Part shown: in pieces, positions 50,062-64,000 of the stretch
Position numbering within the stretch: the stretch's first letter is position 1
Layout: each line of letters opens with the position of its first letter
Assembly: GCF_001194135.2 (NCBI RefSeq)
Contig: NC_068984.1
Span: forward strand, 114,780,286 to 114,844,285
DNA from: Octopus bimaculoides
Lineage: Eukaryota
Direction of reading: 5' to 3'
Length of the DNA: 64,000 nucleotides
Position numbers and translations under genes: made by a program
The notes under the pieces: generated by a model
What the model saw: only the letters and a program-made list of their open reading frames with translations
Told to the model about the DNA's origin: nothing
The model's database searches: none

Positions 50062-51326
50062 ACAGTTTGCTTGTGGGTCTGTGAGTGACATTATGCCATT
50101 CAGTTAGGTGGCCTTTTTTCTGGATGCAGTCTAAGATGTCTGTGTTTGTGTCGCAGTAACACCACCCCAGCTTTGCGGGCATTACTCCACCGTGGGCCTC
50201 ATTTGGGCTTTGTAGAATACCAATAATTGTTGGGTGGAGTTGGGTGATTTATCTTCTGGTTCAGAGGATATGGGCAAGTCGTTGGGTTGTGATTGTAGCT
50301 ATGTTGCATAACATTTAGACTGATTTTTATACATTCTAATTTCAAATCCCGTTAAAAACAGCTTTTTCGAATAACCAGATGGGGCGATTTTCCCGGACCA
50401 ATGTAACTCTTCCACGCCAGACACCTCGATCAAGCAATGAAGCATGAATGTCTGGTCTGGCCTTAATCACATTGGTCTTTTGCTAATTAAAATATCTCAT
50501 CTGCGTACGCCACAACTGCATAGATGATAACAGTAGCTCGCTAACTGAACTGATTGACCCTGGCAGTTGATAGTTTGTTGTTCGTTCATCCTTGCCATTG
50601 ATTCAATTAGTTCATTTTCCGAAACAGTTCACATGTTGCATCCCAATGATTTCAAGGTACCCTGGCTCGGATGGTTCCATGCTGTTTAACCTATAGTTGG
50701 GACCATGATAGGTGCCACTACTGCGGAACAATAGTAGCTAAGAGGTGATTCCACATTCTTCAAAACTCCAGAATTCCCGAAATAGGGTCCAATTACAGGA
50801 TGCAGTTTAAAGGACTTAAACAAATTTGAATCCTCCAACAATCGATATAAGTACCAGTTATATACTGAGTCCATTCAGTCGACCGTATCTTATAAAGTTT
50901 GGCTGTGGCTTTGCTGTAATTTAAAAGAAAATATAACTATAAACTGAACTTGAAAAAAAAAAAAATTATCAGGAATATTAAAATGTATAAGCAGACCGTC
51001 TCTTAATATTTTATGGGTAAGACTTACAGGATCACATGTAACTGAAAAGGAACAGCAGTTTCATGAGATTATATTTACTAAAATAAAAATTGAACAACAA
51101 ATATTTGTTGATTTGTGTGTGACATTGAAACGTGTGCTGAATGTTATAGTGTGTAGGACCGAGTTTCAAATGAAGTCTCAAGATTTTTCAAACAAAATTG
51201 ATAAACACAAACACTTACAACTGATAAATAAATATAATTTCAAAACTAAATCTTACTTGGTGATTGATTCCAATTCAATAATCGAAAAATATCTCGTTCC
51301 AGTCGAAGAACTACATTTCTCAACAT
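45660..51326 (-). CDS. MRPL32: Mitochondrial ribosomal protein L32 (bL32m), 171 aa, 3 exons
   Basis: Exons 51257-51326, 48334-48573, 45660-45865 (516 nt incl. TGA), GT-AG and in phase. Protein has an Arg/Leu-rich presequence (MLRNVVLRLERDIFRLLNW), PALAF, FLWGAPKSRRS, the CxxC-x9-CxxC motif CLQCGHYHENDTICGNC, YDKVRQET, EVVVLYENE and C-terminal RPSWF, all typical of MRPL32. It is absent from the ORF track. Confidence 0.94.
46410..46640 (+). mobile_element. SINE family C (GCCTTTCATCCTTTCGGGGTCGA.AAATAAGTACCAG central domain)
   Basis: Recurrent element with GTTCAAATTCCGCC B-box-like motif. Other copies at about 2160-2360(+), 9478-9690(+), 18549-18650(+), 37330-37530(-), 38270-38480(-), 39490-39690(-), 39706-39925(-), 59070-59260(+). 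Confidence 0.8.
47849..48229 (-). mobile_element. SINE family A in MRPL32 intron 2 (sense to MRPL32)
   Basis: Full-length reverse copy starting about 105 nt from the exon 2 donor. Confidence 0.9.
49740..50260 (-). mobile_element. CR1/L2-group LINE 3' end with poly(A) tail in MRPL32 intron 1
   Basis: QQLLVFYKAQMRPTVE*C..LDCIQKK..YNGFCFSEM..LQTFKKNLN, then a short UTR and an A-run (T12 on plus at about 49739-49750); internal (GA)n. Confidence 0.65.
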
Positions 51327-51555
51327 GCTGTCTGTAGTTTAACTAGTTTATGGTATATATATAAACTATAGTTACGTATAAATATTACAATATCTGAAAT
51401 TAAGAATTAGCAGCAAAAATAAAAGAAATCAATAATATTTATTTTAATTAAATATTATATGTGAATTTTGTAGTCAATTTATATCTAATATTTTATTCAT
51501 CATTTAATTTTATCTTCGGCTATGAAATTTACTTTAACACAATTCATTAACCAAA
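51327..51555. promoter_or_regulatory. Putative bidirectional promoter of MRPL32 and PSMA2
   Basis: Only 229 bp between divergent ATGs. Reverse ACTACA hexamers at 51333-51338 and 51469-51474, plus a GFY-Staf-like 20-mer at 51309-51328. Confidence 0.8.
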
Positions 51556-63279
<11,724 letters not shown>

Positions 63280-63398
63280 TTTGTTACTCTTCTTCGCTGT
63301 TCTTCATCCTACTTTATTCTGTATCTAATGATCAAAACATCTCAGTGGGCCAACTGTCAATAGTGAAACTTAATATCAGCTTTTATGGTGTTTATTGA

Positions 63399-63404
63399 AA
63401 TAAA
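63399..63404 (+). terminator. Candidate polyadenylation signal of PSMA2
   Basis: AATAAA 120 nt after the stop, with a GT/T-rich tract downstream. Confidence 0.6.
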
Positions 63405-63732
63405 CTCTACACTTATCACATCTTGTGTATTTTCATTATTTTTAAACCAAATTCTTAGCAGTTCTATTTGAATGTAAAGTTTTTTTTATTTTACATGTAT
63501 ATAGATATGTATAATAGCAAATCTACCCATCTACAATGGGAGCATAAAATGAGGGAGGAAAGTCATAACAGCAGTATGTATTGAGAAATGTGTAAATGGA
63601 CTTGACAGATTACTGGGTGATGTCTTAGAGAAATTACATTATTGTTGATACTACAGCATTCTATTGTAGCTACATGACGTGTTTGCGACTAAGTGATGTG
63701 ATGACAACTCCCGAACTAAAATAGGCTCTCAC

Positions 63733-63830
63733 TAGGGCTCGAAACCGGTTTTATAAAACCGGTTAAAACCGGTTTTATATTATGATCAGTAAAACCGAAA
63801 CGGATTTGCCAAAACCGATTTTAATGCTTG
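63733..63830 (+). mobile_element. Left end of an Ac-like hAT element with AAACCG subterminal repeats
   Basis: TAGGGCTCGAAACCGG start followed by clustered AAACCG(G) motifs. The other end is outside the window. Confidence 0.55.
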
Positions 63831-64000
63831 TTGTTTCTTTTTTTTTTTTTTTCGCAAAACATTTCTTCATTTTTTTCTTTTGAAGAAATATCGTTGAAAC
63901 TGAACTAACTGAACTGTTGTCGGTCGCCTTTAGTTGAAAGTGCTGTCTGTTTCATTGAAACATATCGCAACATATCAACATATTCTTACCTTCTCTCCCC

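Overview
This is AT-rich eukaryotic DNA full of microsatellites, with six N-gaps. It is most likely from an Octopus-like coleoid cephalopod, inferred from the SINE/RTE repertoire and not provable here. I assembled four spliced genes by hand; every intron is GT-AG and the reading frame holds across all junctions. In order they are PHF14 (minus, 12 coding exons here, 3' part outside the window or in a gap), NDUFA4/COXFA4 (plus, 4 exons, 83 aa), MRPL32 (minus, 3 exons, 171 aa) and PSMA2 (plus, 7 exons, 235 aa). They form two head-to-head pairs with only 344 bp and 229 bp between start codons. As I recall, the same two divergent pairs exist on human chromosome 7p, far apart, so this may be an ancient four-gene block. 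Both shared promoters carry ZNF143/THAP11-type (ACTACAnnTCCC) and/or ETS motifs, one of them overlapping the MRPL32 start codon. Introns and the spacer are filled with at least four tRNA-derived SINE families, RTE, CR1-like and CRE-like LINE remnants, Tigger, mariner, DD37D and hAT transposons, TTAA-flanked MITEs and Helentron-like elements. A near-perfect 92-bp hairpin sits in the last PSMA2 intron. Most entries in the supplied ORF track are artefacts of gaps, microsatellites or SINEs. Repeat boundaries are read by eye and approximate; exon coordinates were counted base by base.
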